DNA of 5,955 nt from a virus (lineage: Duplodnaviria; Heunggongvirae; Uroviricota; Caudoviricetes), in the IMG/VR virus record IMGVR_UViG_2663763000_000004. One strand, 5' to 3'. Positions 5,806 through 5,955 of the stretch are shown here, piece by piece. Each line of letters opens with the position of its first letter. Positions within the stretch are counted from its first letter, which is position 1. The notes beneath the pieces are model-generated. The model saw only the letters and a program-made list of their open reading frames with translations. It searched no databases and had not been told where the DNA came from. Position numbers and translations under genes: made by a program.

Positions 5806-5955
5806 TTATAAGGAAACACCAGCAGGGCCGCGGCGACCAACAGAACGATTAAAATCAATAATGCCATTATAAAGGACATTATTTAATTTATCGTCGAATG
5901 CTGATTCTGTGAGCCTCAACTCTGAATGAGTTTTTAATAACCCTGATTGCCTGAG

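Noticed and set aside
5806-5955. Right-edge 150 bp as a possible gene start, tRNA or att site
   Set aside because: No ORF with an RBS longer than a few codons on the plus strand, no tRNA-like cloverleaf that I could see, and too little sequence to judge.

Overview
This window looks like the immunity and replication (early) region of a Rac-like lambdoid prophage from an enterobacterium, in the opposite orientation to the usual lambda map. A DicA-like repressor on the + strand (4390-4809) is divergent from a minus-strand early operon: Cro-like HTH (4051-4293), YdaT-family protein (3632-4054), an O-like replication initiator carrying an internal iteron/palindrome cluster (2766-3554), a DnaC-like helicase loader (2013-2759), a protein with two winged-helix-like repeats, a small HTH protein, a small ORF, a DUF551 protein, and the first codons of a further gene at the left edge. 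To the right of the repressor there is a clear intrinsic terminator, then a sigma70-like promoter overlapped by operator-like palindromes (a PL/OL analogue), a long structured leader and a lower-GC gene of unknown function that is interrupted by an 80-nt run of N. That gene, in the classic cI-proximal accessory/defence position, is the most likely place for something undescribed. All family assignments rest on reading the translated ORFs and on recall; none was checked against a database. No rRNA, tRNA, CRISPR array or transposase was seen.
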